The notes below the pieces were generated by a model. It had not been told where the DNA came from, searched no databases, and worked only from the letters and a program-made list of their open reading frames with translations. Positions 15,001 through 21,236 of a DNA stretch of 64,000 nucleotides are shown piece after piece (position 1 is the first letter of the stretch; each line of letters begins with the position of its first letter). This stretch comes from Candidatus Woesearchaeota archaeon (GTDB lineage Archaea; Nanobdellota; Nanobdellia; Woesearchaeales; 21-14-0-10-32-9): positions 1,452 to 65,451 of the forward strand of contig JAIPET010000003.1 in assembly GCA_021736975.1 (NCBI GenBank), read 5' to 3'. The translations under genes were made by a program, and so were the position numbers.

Positions 15001-18000
15001 TCGTAATGAAACCAAGCATATACAGTTTAATAACCAAAAGTATAGGTGATAAACAAGTATTTATGCACCAAAATATAACAACAACAGGAATATTAGGAAC
15101 AACTTTTTGGAATTACAGTACAGCATATTTAAACGAAGGACTTGCATCAGCAATATCAACAGGAACAGCATCAGGATTTTCTCAAGGAACTGATGCTACA
15201 AGTTTTACAGTAACCTCAGATATATTAGGACCTACAATAACACTATTAAGTCCTGAAGATGATATAACGTATATTTCACAGGATTTAATATTTGTTTATA
15301 CTGCAGAAGACATATCTACAGGAGTGGCGGAATGTAAATTATTATTTAATGGAGTTGTAAACAAAACAGAAACAATAATTTCAGAAATAGATAATAACGA
15401 ATTTGAAGTATTAAACATATCAGAAGGATATTACAATTGGACTGTTACTTGTAAAGATACCTACGGTAACTGGGAAACAGCGTCCCCGAGAGATTTATAC
15501 ATAGATAATACGAATCCAAATGTAACTGCTCACAATCCAAATAATGAAACTATAAACGCATTAGATATAATATTTAACTTTACAGTATCAGATAATTTCG
15601 ATGACAATTTATACTGCGCAGTAAACGTTGACGATACATATAATGGAACAGGTTACGTACTAAATGGAACAACAGGAAATATAAGTATATCTGAAATTGG
15701 AGATGGAGACCATTCATGGAATGTTACTTGTTTTGATAATGCAAATAATAACTTCACATCAGAAACATTAAATTTCACATCAGATGCTCCACCAAGAATA
15801 ACATTAGACACACCAATAGATGAATATGGAACAACAATTGGAAATGTTTCATTTTATTACTTTGTAACAGATGGAACATTACAAAACTGTTCAATATTGT
15901 TTGATGGCTCAATAAACCAAACAAAAAACTCAGCACAAATACCATATCAAGACGGCTCAAATATTAATAATTTCACAATAAATAACATAGCTGAAGGAAC
16001 ACATAATTGGACAATACAATGTTATGATGGAAATGGGTTTTCATCAAATGCAACAGAAAGAACATTATACGTAGACACACAAAACCCGATAATAAATTTA
16101 ACAAGTCCAGAAGAAAACACAACATTTTACATAGATAATATAGATTTTGAATTTAATGTAACCGATAATATAGATCCAGAGTTATCTTGTTCATTATATA
16201 TAAATGATGTGATAAATGAAACAGGAATAAATGCGACAAATGGAAATATAACAACAGTAAATGTAAATGGTTTCCTTGCAGGAAATTATAATTGGTCTAT
16301 ATATTGTGAAGATAAAGCATTAAATAATATAACAAGTGAAACAAGAAATTTTACAATAAGTTCAGACGTAATAGTATCTTTAGAAAATCCATATGATAAT
16401 TCAACAGATGGAGATGGAACTGTGACATTCACATATACACCAAGCAGCGTAGCAGGATTTGAAACAGGAGGATTTTGCGAACTATATATAGATGGATCAA
16501 GTAGTCAAACAGACATAGGTGTAAATAATGGTTTATCAAATACATTTATATCTCTAACTCCAATGACTCAAGGACTACACACTTGGCAAGTAAAATGCAC
16601 AGATGATAATGTAAACTCAGGACAATCAAATATATGGAATATATACATAGACTTATCTGATCCAGTAGTATCAACTCACAATCCAAACGGAGAAACATAT
16701 AACGTAAGCACTGTAGAATTTAATTGGACAGCAACAGATAATTATGATAATAATATGAGTTGTAACATAATAGTAAACGGAACAACACAAACACCATCAA
16801 ATATTTCATCAATAAATAATACACCTACACAACAAACATACACAGGATTTACAGATGGATTACATACATATTACGGTATATGTCTTGATAATGGAGATAG
16901 AACCGGAATTTCTTCAACTAAAAATTTTAATGTACAAGAACCACCGACAATATTATTGGATTTGCCATTAAATGAATATAGAACAAATATAACAAACATA
17001 ACATTTTATTATACACCAACAGACAATTCAGGAAATATAAGTTCGTGTGAAATAGTACTAGACAGTACTTCAAATAATACAGAACCAAGTCCGCAAAATG
17101 CGATACAAAACAACTTAACAGTAAACAACTTTGTTCATGGAAAATACTTATGGACAATCAATTGTACTGATCCCTCAGGAAATGAAGGAACAAACATAAC
17201 GGGAAGAAACATAACAATAGATTTAGTAGGACCAAACATAACTCTGAACGAACCATACGAAGGACAAATATACAATTACGACGACATAATAATAAATTGG
17301 ACTCCAACAGATGATTATGGAACAGACATTACCTGTGATCTAACAGTAGATGACACAATAAACGCATCAGGAATAACGGGAAATTCAGGAAATGACTTTA
17401 CATACTTAATAGAAAATTTCTCAGAAGGACCTCACAACTGGTCAGTAATCTGTAGAGATGATTTATATAATTATAACACAAGCATAACAAATAGCTTCAT
17501 AGTTAACAGTCCCGACTTATATATTAATAACTCATTAATATCCTTTAACGAAACAAATCCAGACATAGGAGAAACAATTCAAATAAATGCAACAATATAC
17601 AACTATGGGGGAATAGATGCAGAAAATGCATTAATAGAATTTTGGGATGGTCTTCCAGGAACTGGAACGCTAATAGGAAATGACACTATAAATATAACAA
17701 TAAATGAAAGTACAGATGCAACAACAACATGGAATATAACAGCAGGATATCATAATGTCTGGGTAATAGCAGATCCATACGAAACAATGGTAGAATTAAA
17801 TGATTCTAATAACAACGCAACAACAAATATATCTATACTAATGGGAAATTTAACCAATCCATTAAACGAAACATGGACTTCGAATGCAAATACAACAATA
17901 ACTTTTAACCTAACCGATTTCACAGGAAGCATAATAAATTACACAATTTATGTGGATGGTTCTCCTTCAGTATATACAGGAACTGTAAATGATGCAGAAT

Positions 18001-20435
18001 CAAATCAAATCAATATAACATTATCTCAAGGAACAAGAACAATAATGATAAGAGCTACTGATTCAATTTCAAGAATAAAAGATAGCAATATTATAACAAG
18101 ATATGTTGATCTAACAAACCCATCAAGTGTTATCAACACTGCAAACGAAACATGGTATAATTATTCAACACCAGAAATAAACTTTACAATAAATGATAAC
18201 ATGGACACAATGTTAAATTATACTTTTTACGTAAATGGATCAGTTGATATAATAGGAAATCAAACAGCAGCAGTTCCAGGAAAAATAAATCTATCAACAT
18301 TAGTAAATGGATCATATCAAATAATATTAGAAGCAAAAGATGAAGTAAACAGAACAACAAATTCAACACCGATAATAATTTATGTTGACACAGTAGCGCC
18401 AACAATAAATCTAAACGCTCCAAATAACTCAGATATATTTATAGTAAATGATGTAAATTTGAATTTTACAATCACGGATAACTTAGCAGTAGGCCCAGAT
18501 CAATTAACATGCGACCTAACACTAGACGGATCAGTTTATTCAAATGACTTTACAGCAACAAGCGGAATACAAGAAAATATTTTAGCAACTGATTTAATTG
18601 AAGGAAATCATTACTGGAATGTAACGTGTACAGATTTAGCAGGAAATACACAAACATCAGAAACAAGAAACTTTACATCCGTAGCAGTACCAGTAATAAC
18701 ACCAATAACGCCACTAAATAATACATGGATAAATCAAGGAACATACACATTTTATTTTAATGCAACAGATGAAACCGGACTAGAAAATTGCTCATTAATA
18801 ATTGACGGATTTATAAATTCAACAAAAACAACTGCACAACTAACAAATAATGCAACTAATAATTTAACAGCAACAGGATTGAATGGAACACATACATGGG
18901 CAATAGAATGTTACGATAATAGTACATTTAACGCATATGATATAACAGAAACATACACAATATATGCAGATTTAGAAGCACCACAACCAATATTTATAAC
19001 ACAAAATAATACTTGGTTAAACTCAGGACCTACACTAGAATTTAACATAACTGACAACATGGACTCCGCAATATTTTATAACATATACATAAACGGAATA
19101 TACAACAAAAATGGAACTGCACCAAATGGTTTCCTGACAATGGATGTTCCTACAGGCTTAATAAATGGAACTTATAATGTAACTATAGAAGCAATAGATG
19201 AAGCAACAAATACAGCTAATAGTACAACAATAAAAATAAATTATGACACAGCAACACCTTTAGTAACTTTAGATTTTCCCCTTGAAACAAATTATACACA
19301 AACATCACTAGATCTAAATTTTACAACATCAGATAATATGGCTGAATATTTAATGTGTACTGTCATAATGGATACAAATACAATAGGTTCGAATTTAAAT
19401 GTAACAAATAATTCACAACAAAACGTGACAGTAAATAATCTTGCAGGAGGATATCATTACTGGAATGTAACTTGTATAGATTTAGCAAATAATTCATACA
19501 CAACAAACACACAATCGTTTTACATAGTAAGACCAGATTTGACAATCAACAATTCAGAAATATATTTTAACAATTCAGACGTAAGAGAAAATGAAACAAT
19601 AAATATAACTGCAACGATAAGAAATATAGGAACAAGTGACGCAAACAATTTTGTAACACAAATATGGGCAAATCACCCAGATAATTCTGGTACACAAATA
19701 GGAACAGATTTTCATATGAACCTAACAGCGGGAAATTATACAAATATTTCAGTAACTTACACAGTGCCTTTAGGAACTACACAAATATATGTGTTAGTAG
19801 ATACACCAACAGGATCAAATGGATTAGTAGCAGAAGAAAATGAAAGTAATAATGAAGAATATAAAGAAATAACAGTAGAATCTTGGCATTACGCATTCGG
19901 GCAAACGGGAGATAAATTAGTAGTAAATGATGCAAACAACGGAACATTATTTGATTGGATAAAAAGTAATAGTTCTGGTTCAAACTTATTTGCAGTAGAT
20001 TCAGATTCAGTAATTACATGGACACAGTTACAAGCACTAGGAAGAGATACGAGTAATAATTCTCAAACAGGAGATTTCACAGAACTAGATATAGCACTAG
20101 GATCAGAAAATTATACGGATAATATAACTACGACTTTTACGAATAGCGGAACACCAATAGAAACAACCAGTTATAATATATTTGGAAAAACAATAAATAA
20201 CATACCGATGCAAAACAGCACAAATAACACGAATTTCAAAACAGGAATACTTTGGGATTATTCAGACGGCGGTCCTCAGTATTCAGGGACACAGGACGTA
20301 CTCTTTATGAGCCAGATAAAAGACGACTTAATTGGATTCAATGCTACGTACGATTATGAAATCAGAATTCCTGCAAAACTAAGAGAATACACAGGAGCCA
20401 CAAACACAGTAGACTTCTACATTGAGATAAGGTAG
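45..20435 (+). CDS. Giant multidomain surface/adhesin-like protein (at least 6796 aa; probably 5'-truncated by the window edge)
   Basis: Uninterrupted 20.4-kb frame in stop-prone AT-rich DNA; the frame also stays open from nt 3 to the first ATG at 45, and there is no N-terminal signal peptide. Read from the translation (all nt approximate): DUF2341-like (GWYNQLWEKCKDINI) plus LamG-like, 850-1830. Seven to eight FG-GAP/VCBS repeats with DxDxDG loops, 2245-3410. Two units of [LamG-LamG-propeller-like], 3669-9695. W-x-G propeller-like region, 9990-11340. Ig-like ~95-aa modules with a Cys pair, 12165-13590 and 15230-19530. PWWNINWKERKPIII DUF2341-like plus 4-fold repeat, 13740-15015. CARDB-like domains, 17508-17840 and 19530-19880. 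Stop TAG at 20433-20435. Confidence 0.9.
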   Translation: MSSEGQTNRIKYEIINTRQYKNLNTKDQTINLAQTQTQTKYDLLMNLNQTIEENTTIMLEETQIPEINTELRIEKLQKQGQKINGEEILKSYAMDLSNLDFTKGTFTTKAKGKQLFKCKDWNYSSQQCLGTWKKIKDLIPGQEYEIIITPEDPGYIETTLTILNVKSNPLLNNYWTINFTTIGKENIIIKPISQTTWRKPNENNPADLEFTTLTCGQKTIIPTWNKNTIDIENYECNETSQLKIFELTEGKHTMYFQFGNDSALAFNDASGWYNQLWEKCKDINITNFAGQILYNYTTLLKIPYDSQMQSDYEDLRFTDQACGQGGQEIGYDIETYNSTEAMTWVRIPTLNTSGTTISMYYSNPTALNGENEDDAWRSDYGIVYHMDSLGLDSSGNGNDRTADDGTPTSTNTILGYGITFNGSTAWDMTNIGYWESSFSERTHEVIFETSNNVSGRQTILAEGGGTNGLMLYILDGIIYSRWWSEGGAVNMGGALLNTTISPNSLYYLTMTYNNETNYTLYINKTRISFNYSTDIIDAHGGNGGIGYTGPDSKDFEDTAGQGYYFKGTIHELRAQDKELTWAEINQTYENIFNNTNSFTIGSAQEVPTNKTDITINIYDMLNNSDYSDDILLNSITYYNESINGGKIDFGRITQIDSDNTYRIEIVLNMKTDFEIDADYFKETFIKTKNNVSFSTQNTTTQPEFIIGTSYVPTDGYWTQDIFYSQTVNSNYTNSAVGEFGYIDGDPDIVAIYNNDLKVYQTPQDTYYGGDWTEYVANTDVGTISFDNKVVLADIDRDGYLDAFVANDNEDIRAYQNPKDPFGTTWTERMIDSSLNARDVTALAAGDLDNDGWIDVCGGIEARDDIYCFQNDGTPWDADWVQSTIELAAGGDLEDIVIADINRDGLQDIIASVQGVNDITWWENDGTPWDGVSWTPRDIDTNTGQLSNVVKVVDLDLDGDLDVVQGDDGGDIAIYENNGSNPPGFTKYLAYDGPGGEDIVGLAIADINDDGKPDIIYGAESANDVEYLENSGTPWSTGWTSVPISTNTGSTPWTVEIADIDKNGYVDVIVGNNGAEIIAYFNNGTPSAGEWNSNILESAAAGSVYSIAIGDLDKDNYSNILEFYYNATENFENGTGTFSGQTTLSQGNHTFNFIITPDNDFGINKPVNTSFFIGSEQYDGWKIYEEKAALADIYPIRITWEVLVNYVDVIPPNISFIEPPTPINGLITENKNQNFLATINETNLKELKFEFNNINTTQYSENLVLMMNLDNESSLTENNNFVKDLSKYSNDGDPQGQASPTTGVYGGAYTFDGSGDYIQIESDSTLDIQNFTFTTWFKTGPSTSWTSYPSIIMRGDGGAGNELYIGFSASTQDTIVVILDGSIQNFDGNVDLIDQQWHHLTVTYDSTTISVYIDGEQYANNVSLTRTLNFGGRLYLGLDTDALDASFGNYWNGQLDEIRLWNTTFNPTTINEWYTSNLKKYNDDEWNLTVNKTNLNYGTYDYKIYATDHIDQTINTTLRNLTISPDTTYPQINFIYPTPENATGTYETNLNIRTNITEENILSLIYNWNGTNITIYNNSLVLQYNYDKITELGENDSFIVDTSIYKNNGTLKNDARYELQGKYNRGVYFDGTGDYVEILSDTALDVQDFTYMTWFKTGPNTSWTSYPSFFMRGDSGTSNELFIAINDTDNDSIAVMLDNTIYSTGSGTNLIDQQWHHLAVTYDSSTIKVYLDGEQYGNNISAVKTLNFGTSNAWIGTDTDTYNGNFGNYWNGTFDESRLWNVSLDAQSINKAYNSNLEKTGNQTWILNTYENNLGIGTYTFQTFIEDTGTNTNTTGEYSVNLFETGVLDYDEAADISIAALDDFTVAIAWIDQNSYNASFEIWQANKTRLVDKTTFEFDGNANSRISITPISSTQFAIGIIDGPESDLDIWIYDVDGNEILSRTELDNNLASFTDVSLTPLTDRFIVCNANDADNDADYRIISLAGTDLYGEQFVDGNMNPEALSQNLISCSSIGDGDWVYSWYDDGSNDISFAIVNETNTIEITETDLDLDVGETAQVAMTGLTDKKFAIAYYDSNDDNIYLSIRQHSPYGLVTVLDKTLDTNLGGDTKLALSEINKQGISEFVVAWQKNGAITTEIYDDIGNIVTPKYNITLNSNINYQLIGLESYHSPTTTGLCSGTFVIGYTNDENKTVFSFEKTDGTEWDGGSCDNTPPNITFVDPTLPNGTVSNLTTVYTNISINESELGLFKFQWEGQNTTIYNESLIIGFNFDKETSIGETNTNLHDISIYQNNGTLNGGEGDEYTANGKHNGAYDLDGFDDLIETNDISEIDSAEELTISAWIKVDDLNDDGTIIAKDDFVSNPLLLLYRDETGKGGRTDAFTAIISDGTTNATLTTTTSSSNDNNWHHIAMTFKAGSTQGLRIYIDGQEDPNSNVSTIGISNLNSNSYTLRIGAPHVTLNKNLDGSIDELMIYNRELTSQEITELYKGYLKKYDTDKYYYFSNHSNLIYDTYSFKGYSEDIIGNPSETDLRSTILAPDPFAPEITFVPPTYSDGALTTDRFVPINVSIKETNLANVLIEWNNTNQTLMDNSLVLIYNFDNISDLGENNSYVKDNSPNNLQGTIYGTPYFNNSGKYYGSIKTGTGNFVRNDYVSEYISEQNFTILMWTKKSSSTPQQFILGINSNNGVTNRLLLGHQNAQTNMSLYDENEGWVTTNANINDDEWHQIGLRYDVTTGNMSLIYDGQFIQNYTSSVNIATDDRFVLGAEYDGASAGDYWQGHIDELKVFSRSLTKEEIQYNYNSNLNRLNSSYWILYSNQTNLTLGTYSYKISASDVPTSSTISETRTITIFDKYIIDYNQAIDIEMTPLDNTTIVYAWIDASTNYANFEIFDTNGTRIIDEITIDTDGGPYSRISVAAINTNKFVIALGDDPDDDLAYWIYDRDGILVSAESIIDTNIGVNFDLSIAELGDRFVICNANDNDNDADFRIYDNSGTDISGELNVDGNMNPDSQSTNYVDCASLGDGDWVYSWYDDNSNAIRVSARDENGTIYQTITPDSNIGEQGQIAVTGLRNKRFATSFFDDSTNEIQMNVYLLSGASIVSILANTVIDTGISASNIEIAEVEDSGESYFVIAWQDDVDGTIKAATYDDSGIERTAPFNITTNPNQNYQLIDVAGFYSSLGFGLCDESFAIGITNSTNHTTFKTYNLDGIEWNGQCIIDTTPPNITLNEPTNGQTLNNYTVTFNWTATDNDAINMTCDLIIDDITRETGTILTNNTSYSTTANVGIGLHEWYVECTDEEANTGTSDTRTFTINILSNTNNVTLDRLGTLGTLIYQDTDNAGTPLQRNWTGTLGAEEILAPDLGAIISWQKFICSKINPECYLVAQETDNSIDFLVYNLETRIWHNQTTLTANRGLDDQRSFDIACEDDGVSEECLIIYETSTAANNEFEYRIWDGQNISSANTVVVTEAPNNDFRWVSLYPQKGTNTIGLVVQNDAGARNRYSMIWNGDNNSIINQHNLSLNAAGNDRKQYDCAWEGSSGKLICAYGENTDDLFAKEYNPSTQEWSYIGNIYPALGAQAREVTLCGETPYTSDFTHDYIGIMTCDQDEDRDGGIWDGNTFSKAAIGDTPSQDTASECDANENNPELYSQACAFERSGDQIIFTWVDANENFPEGGTYTISSDEWSFTTWGDGIPIGISGTDDVEEIQLIPNPVTDEIFLIDQDASEELSCAIWTGRAFTATDCGDYELTGPATAQGAYISYDWIRFDSQPRIIFNEPLDERTYTYSGITTNTFTHEAYYGATLNLPGTPPLTTNETNNSGYTAMSIADNNYFTTTITTTGGERAYQNFKFEIQQTPDEIGEIKIFHEGYATATTFQTQDTYYFYIYNHTSDNYVLLKTNDNTHAYDIFTEIKIQSGFSDFIQDGNLYILIEGNHQTGGGGNARADIYTDYIELDVNSTPNINEIQTINIDAIDQNGIEGCFYNYENLTGTLYFNYSLTQINFTNFQTTSNTTHRTDNYYHLNMYCNDTFDKQTKETELVRIDNTVPLVNLIIPNESDYFSYSEVNFSFNATDNSDGLLSCIINTDGSTNITNILLDSGNTANETISGFSDGIHTWYAACMDVAGNWYTTGQRSFTTDAGAPTITLKAPSNNTITNNNNIQFNYTPDDAIGLSKCELIINGQLNQTNSTTIQNHLTNSFTINSMPDGAYNWFVNCTDLSNFTGSSETWYLTVDTTPPSTYLNTTSGIEFTNGSAQLNYTTIDLLDNSLICNISVDDEIKDQDITSSNNTLISRNLTLADGIKFWYVTCVDEAGNINISETRNFTLGGPPYIEMYEPYLNDIVSGTDTDFNFFVQDGDGVDNCSLYIDDTYNQTIDGGDLDNPGNNSFTVSNIAAGTHNWSIYCIDSTLLYRITDAINFTVDKTAPTITLEEPINGSQITTNPVEFIFTPNDNAASILTCSLIIDGNISTTNNNFNSTNNEATSVYETISNGNHNWSVTCKDSVENSNTSITKYFSLLAPLTVIIETNETAYNGGETAGITTNTTDESNNSINATTITDIIYTNTTITQAPWWNINWKERKPIIITENDNRTRTNDLIKINITNIDITNCQNEIRLVKFIQHQNTEIARNILSGDNSTYCEIEFYTNITQGDILNDTYFVYYNYSSAPATAPTISDNKVLNVQRDTITATGQILLDAVSTINPDNSFILFSANTGSTAPNQNQLTPNITSSTIIQFTRYVGTTSTDLSWQLIEHKDITAQRGEETITAGSTGTNVNISAVNLDNSFIIVYGRADSGSANNNHDGYFTAEFVDSDTIKLTRTSTTNDATVSWQVVEWPDINVQTGVTNFTTASQTAPINTINISRSFLIFGKAVSGDTGLDANHIRGKINSPSEIEFNRQVGQGSASVSWFVVELPEDSIVESGTKTITADTTQTLTNEFTLDQSFMIDSSDSSGGGTTYTNAMVKTNLNDSTTLFFDKETTSNTNYDDWFVMKPSIYSLITKSIGDKQVFMHQNITTTGILGTTFWNYSTAYLNEGLASAISTGTASGFSQGTDATSFTVTSDILGPTITLLSPEDDITYISQDLIFVYTAEDISTGVAECKLLFNGVVNKTETIISEIDNNEFEVLNISEGYYNWTVTCKDTYGNWETASPRDLYIDNTNPNVTAHNPNNETINALDIIFNFTVSDNFDDNLYCAVNVDDTYNGTGYVLNGTTGNISISEIGDGDHSWNVTCFDNANNNFTSETLNFTSDAPPRITLDTPIDEYGTTIGNVSFYYFVTDGTLQNCSILFDGSINQTKNSAQIPYQDGSNINNFTINNIAEGTHNWTIQCYDGNGFSSNATERTLYVDTQNPIINLTSPEENTTFYIDNIDFEFNVTDNIDPELSCSLYINDVINETGINATNGNITTVNVNGFLAGNYNWSIYCEDKALNNITSETRNFTISSDVIVSLENPYDNSTDGDGTVTFTYTPSSVAGFETGGFCELYIDGSSSQTDIGVNNGLSNTFISLTPMTQGLHTWQVKCTDDNVNSGQSNIWNIYIDLSDPVVSTHNPNGETYNVSTVEFNWTATDNYDNNMSCNIIVNGTTQTPSNISSINNTPTQQTYTGFTDGLHTYYGICLDNGDRTGISSTKNFNVQEPPTILLDLPLNEYRTNITNITFYYTPTDNSGNISSCEIVLDSTSNNTEPSPQNAIQNNLTVNNFVHGKYLWTINCTDPSGNEGTNITGRNITIDLVGPNITLNEPYEGQIYNYDDIIINWTPTDDYGTDITCDLTVDDTINASGITGNSGNDFTYLIENFSEGPHNWSVICRDDLYNYNTSITNSFIVNSPDLYINNSLISFNETNPDIGETIQINATIYNYGGIDAENALIEFWDGLPGTGTLIGNDTINITINESTDATTTWNITAGYHNVWVIADPYETMVELNDSNNNATTNISILMGNLTNPLNETWTSNANTTITFNLTDFTGSIINYTIYVDGSPSVYTGTVNDAESNQINITLSQGTRTIMIRATDSISRIKDSNIITRYVDLTNPSSVINTANETWYNYSTPEINFTINDNMDTMLNYTFYVNGSVDIIGNQTAAVPGKINLSTLVNGSYQIILEAKDEVNRTTNSTPIIIYVDTVAPTINLNAPNNSDIFIVNDVNLNFTITDNLAVGPDQLTCDLTLDGSVYSNDFTATSGIQENILATDLIEGNHYWNVTCTDLAGNTQTSETRNFTSVAVPVITPITPLNNTWINQGTYTFYFNATDETGLENCSLIIDGFINSTKTTAQLTNNATNNLTATGLNGTHTWAIECYDNSTFNAYDITETYTIYADLEAPQPIFITQNNTWLNSGPTLEFNITDNMDSAIFYNIYINGIYNKNGTAPNGFLTMDVPTGLINGTYNVTIEAIDEATNTANSTTIKINYDTATPLVTLDFPLETNYTQTSLDLNFTTSDNMAEYLMCTVIMDTNTIGSNLNVTNNSQQNVTVNNLAGGYHYWNVTCIDLANNSYTTNTQSFYIVRPDLTINNSEIYFNNSDVRENETINITATIRNIGTSDANNFVTQIWANHPDNSGTQIGTDFHMNLTAGNYTNISVTYTVPLGTTQIYVLVDTPTGSNGLVAEENESNNEEYKEITVESWHYAFGQTGDKLVVNDANNGTLFDWIKSNSSGSNLFAVDSDSVITWTQLQALGRDTSNNSQTGDFTELDIALGSENYTDNITTTFTNSGTPIETTSYNIFGKTINNIPMQNSTNNTNFKTGILWDYSDGGPQYSGTQDVLFMSQIKDDLIGFNATYDYEIRIPAKLREYTGATNTVDFYIEIR
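3669..6671 (+). repeat. Intragenic tandem duplication unit A (LamG - LamG - 7-blade propeller-like), about 1000 aa
   Basis: Begins VIPPNISFIEPPTP. Contains two LamG-like blocks (..YTFDGSGDYIQI..GQLDEIRLWN.. and ..VYFDGTGDYVEI..GTFDESRLWN..). These are followed by LDYDEAADISIAALDD...CNANDADNDADYRI...GDGDWVYSWYDDGSNDI.... Colinear with unit B; boundaries approximate. Confidence 0.7.
6672..9695 (+). repeat. Intragenic tandem duplication unit B (LamG - LamG - 7-blade propeller-like), about 1000 aa
   Basis: Begins NTPPNITFVDPTLP. Contains two LamG-like blocks (..GSIDELMIYN.. and ..GHIDELKVFS..). These are followed by IIDYNQAIDIEMTPLDN...CNANDNDNDADFRI...GDGDWVYSWYDDNSNAI.... Same order and similar length as unit A, diverged at protein level. 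Confidence 0.7.
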
Positions 20436-20438
20436 GGA

Positions 20439-21236
20439 TTAATTTAGGTTTTTTAACATCGTTATTGCTTCTTTGTCAAATTTTGAAAAGGCGAACCATT
20501 TTTTTCCTAAATCTTTTATTGATGCGCCAATATGATATATTTCGTTTTCATCAATTATTAAAAATCTGTCATGTGCTTTTTTGAATTCTTTTATTTGTAT
20601 TTTTTCATTTTGTTGTTCGTATTTTTTTATATCTAGTTTTAACTGTTCACTTATTTTATCAGTACATATTATTATTTTTACTTCTTTTTTCTTTTTTGAT
20701 AATAATATGAGCACGGAATCATCAATATAATTGTCAATCAATATTATTTCTTTTTCTGCTGTTCGAATAATATCTGAAACAAATTTATGCGCATCAAATA
20801 CTTGTCCATCGTAGAATATTCCTTTTTCCGGTTTGATATTTTTTTCCTGTATTAAATTGAATACTTTCTCAAATTTGTTGTTTGTTGTAATTTCAAAGCC
20901 TATTTGATTTCTTTCTAAATTATTTATTTTTTCAAATAATTGATAATTTGAGTTAATGATTTTTCTCATTGATACAAATGCTCTTATGATTTTTATATTG
21001 ACTTCTACAGCTTTTTTACTTCTTAAAACGCTTGAAAGGTTTGCCACTCCATGTTCTGTGAAAGCTTTAGGTTTATGACCTCCTAAATGTTTTACTGATG
21101 GTATCGCATTTTGCGATACCAAGATTTCTATTTCATTATTACTAATCTGAAACATGAAATCTTCTGGAAATCTTTGCTTATTTCTTTTTACTTGTTCATT
21201 TAACCTGCTTGTTGTAACTTCATATAACTCTGCCAA
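20439..21236 (-). CDS. ORF6N-domain (KilA-N-related) DNA-binding protein with family-typical C-terminal HDRFLIID...GASIKDLG region
   Basis: Signature block LAELYEVTTSRLNEQVKRNKQRFPEDFMFQ. C-terminal block LIDNYIDDSVL...AHDRFLIIDENEIYHIGASIKDLGKKWFAF. The track start is a TTG. Conserved N-terminal residues (KILEIRGQKVILDRD) continue in frame upstream, and an ATG at 21303 is one frame off across an A7 run. Convergent with giant ORF1, only 3 nt apart. Confidence 0.8.
   Translation of the reverse strand: MAELYEVTTSRLNEQVKRNKQRFPEDFMFQISNNEIEILVSQNAIPSVKHLGGHKPKAFTEHGVANLSSVLRSKKAVEVNIKIIRAFVSMRKIINSNYQLFEKINNLERNQIGFEITTNNKFEKVFNLIQEKNIKPEKGIFYDGQVFDAHKFVSDIIRTAEKEIILIDNYIDDSVLILLSKKKKEVKIIICTDKISEQLKLDIKKYEQQNEKIQIKEFKKAHDRFLIIDENEIYHIGASIKDLGKKWFAFSKFDKEAITMLKNLN

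Noticed and set aside
12165-19530. Regular ~285-nt periodicity that could be taken for a tandem DNA repeat or a CRISPR-like array.
   Set aside because: The periodicity is at the protein-module level, inside one open frame. Nucleotide copies are strongly diverged, and there are no short identical direct repeats separated by unique spacers. No CRISPR array is present anywhere in the window.
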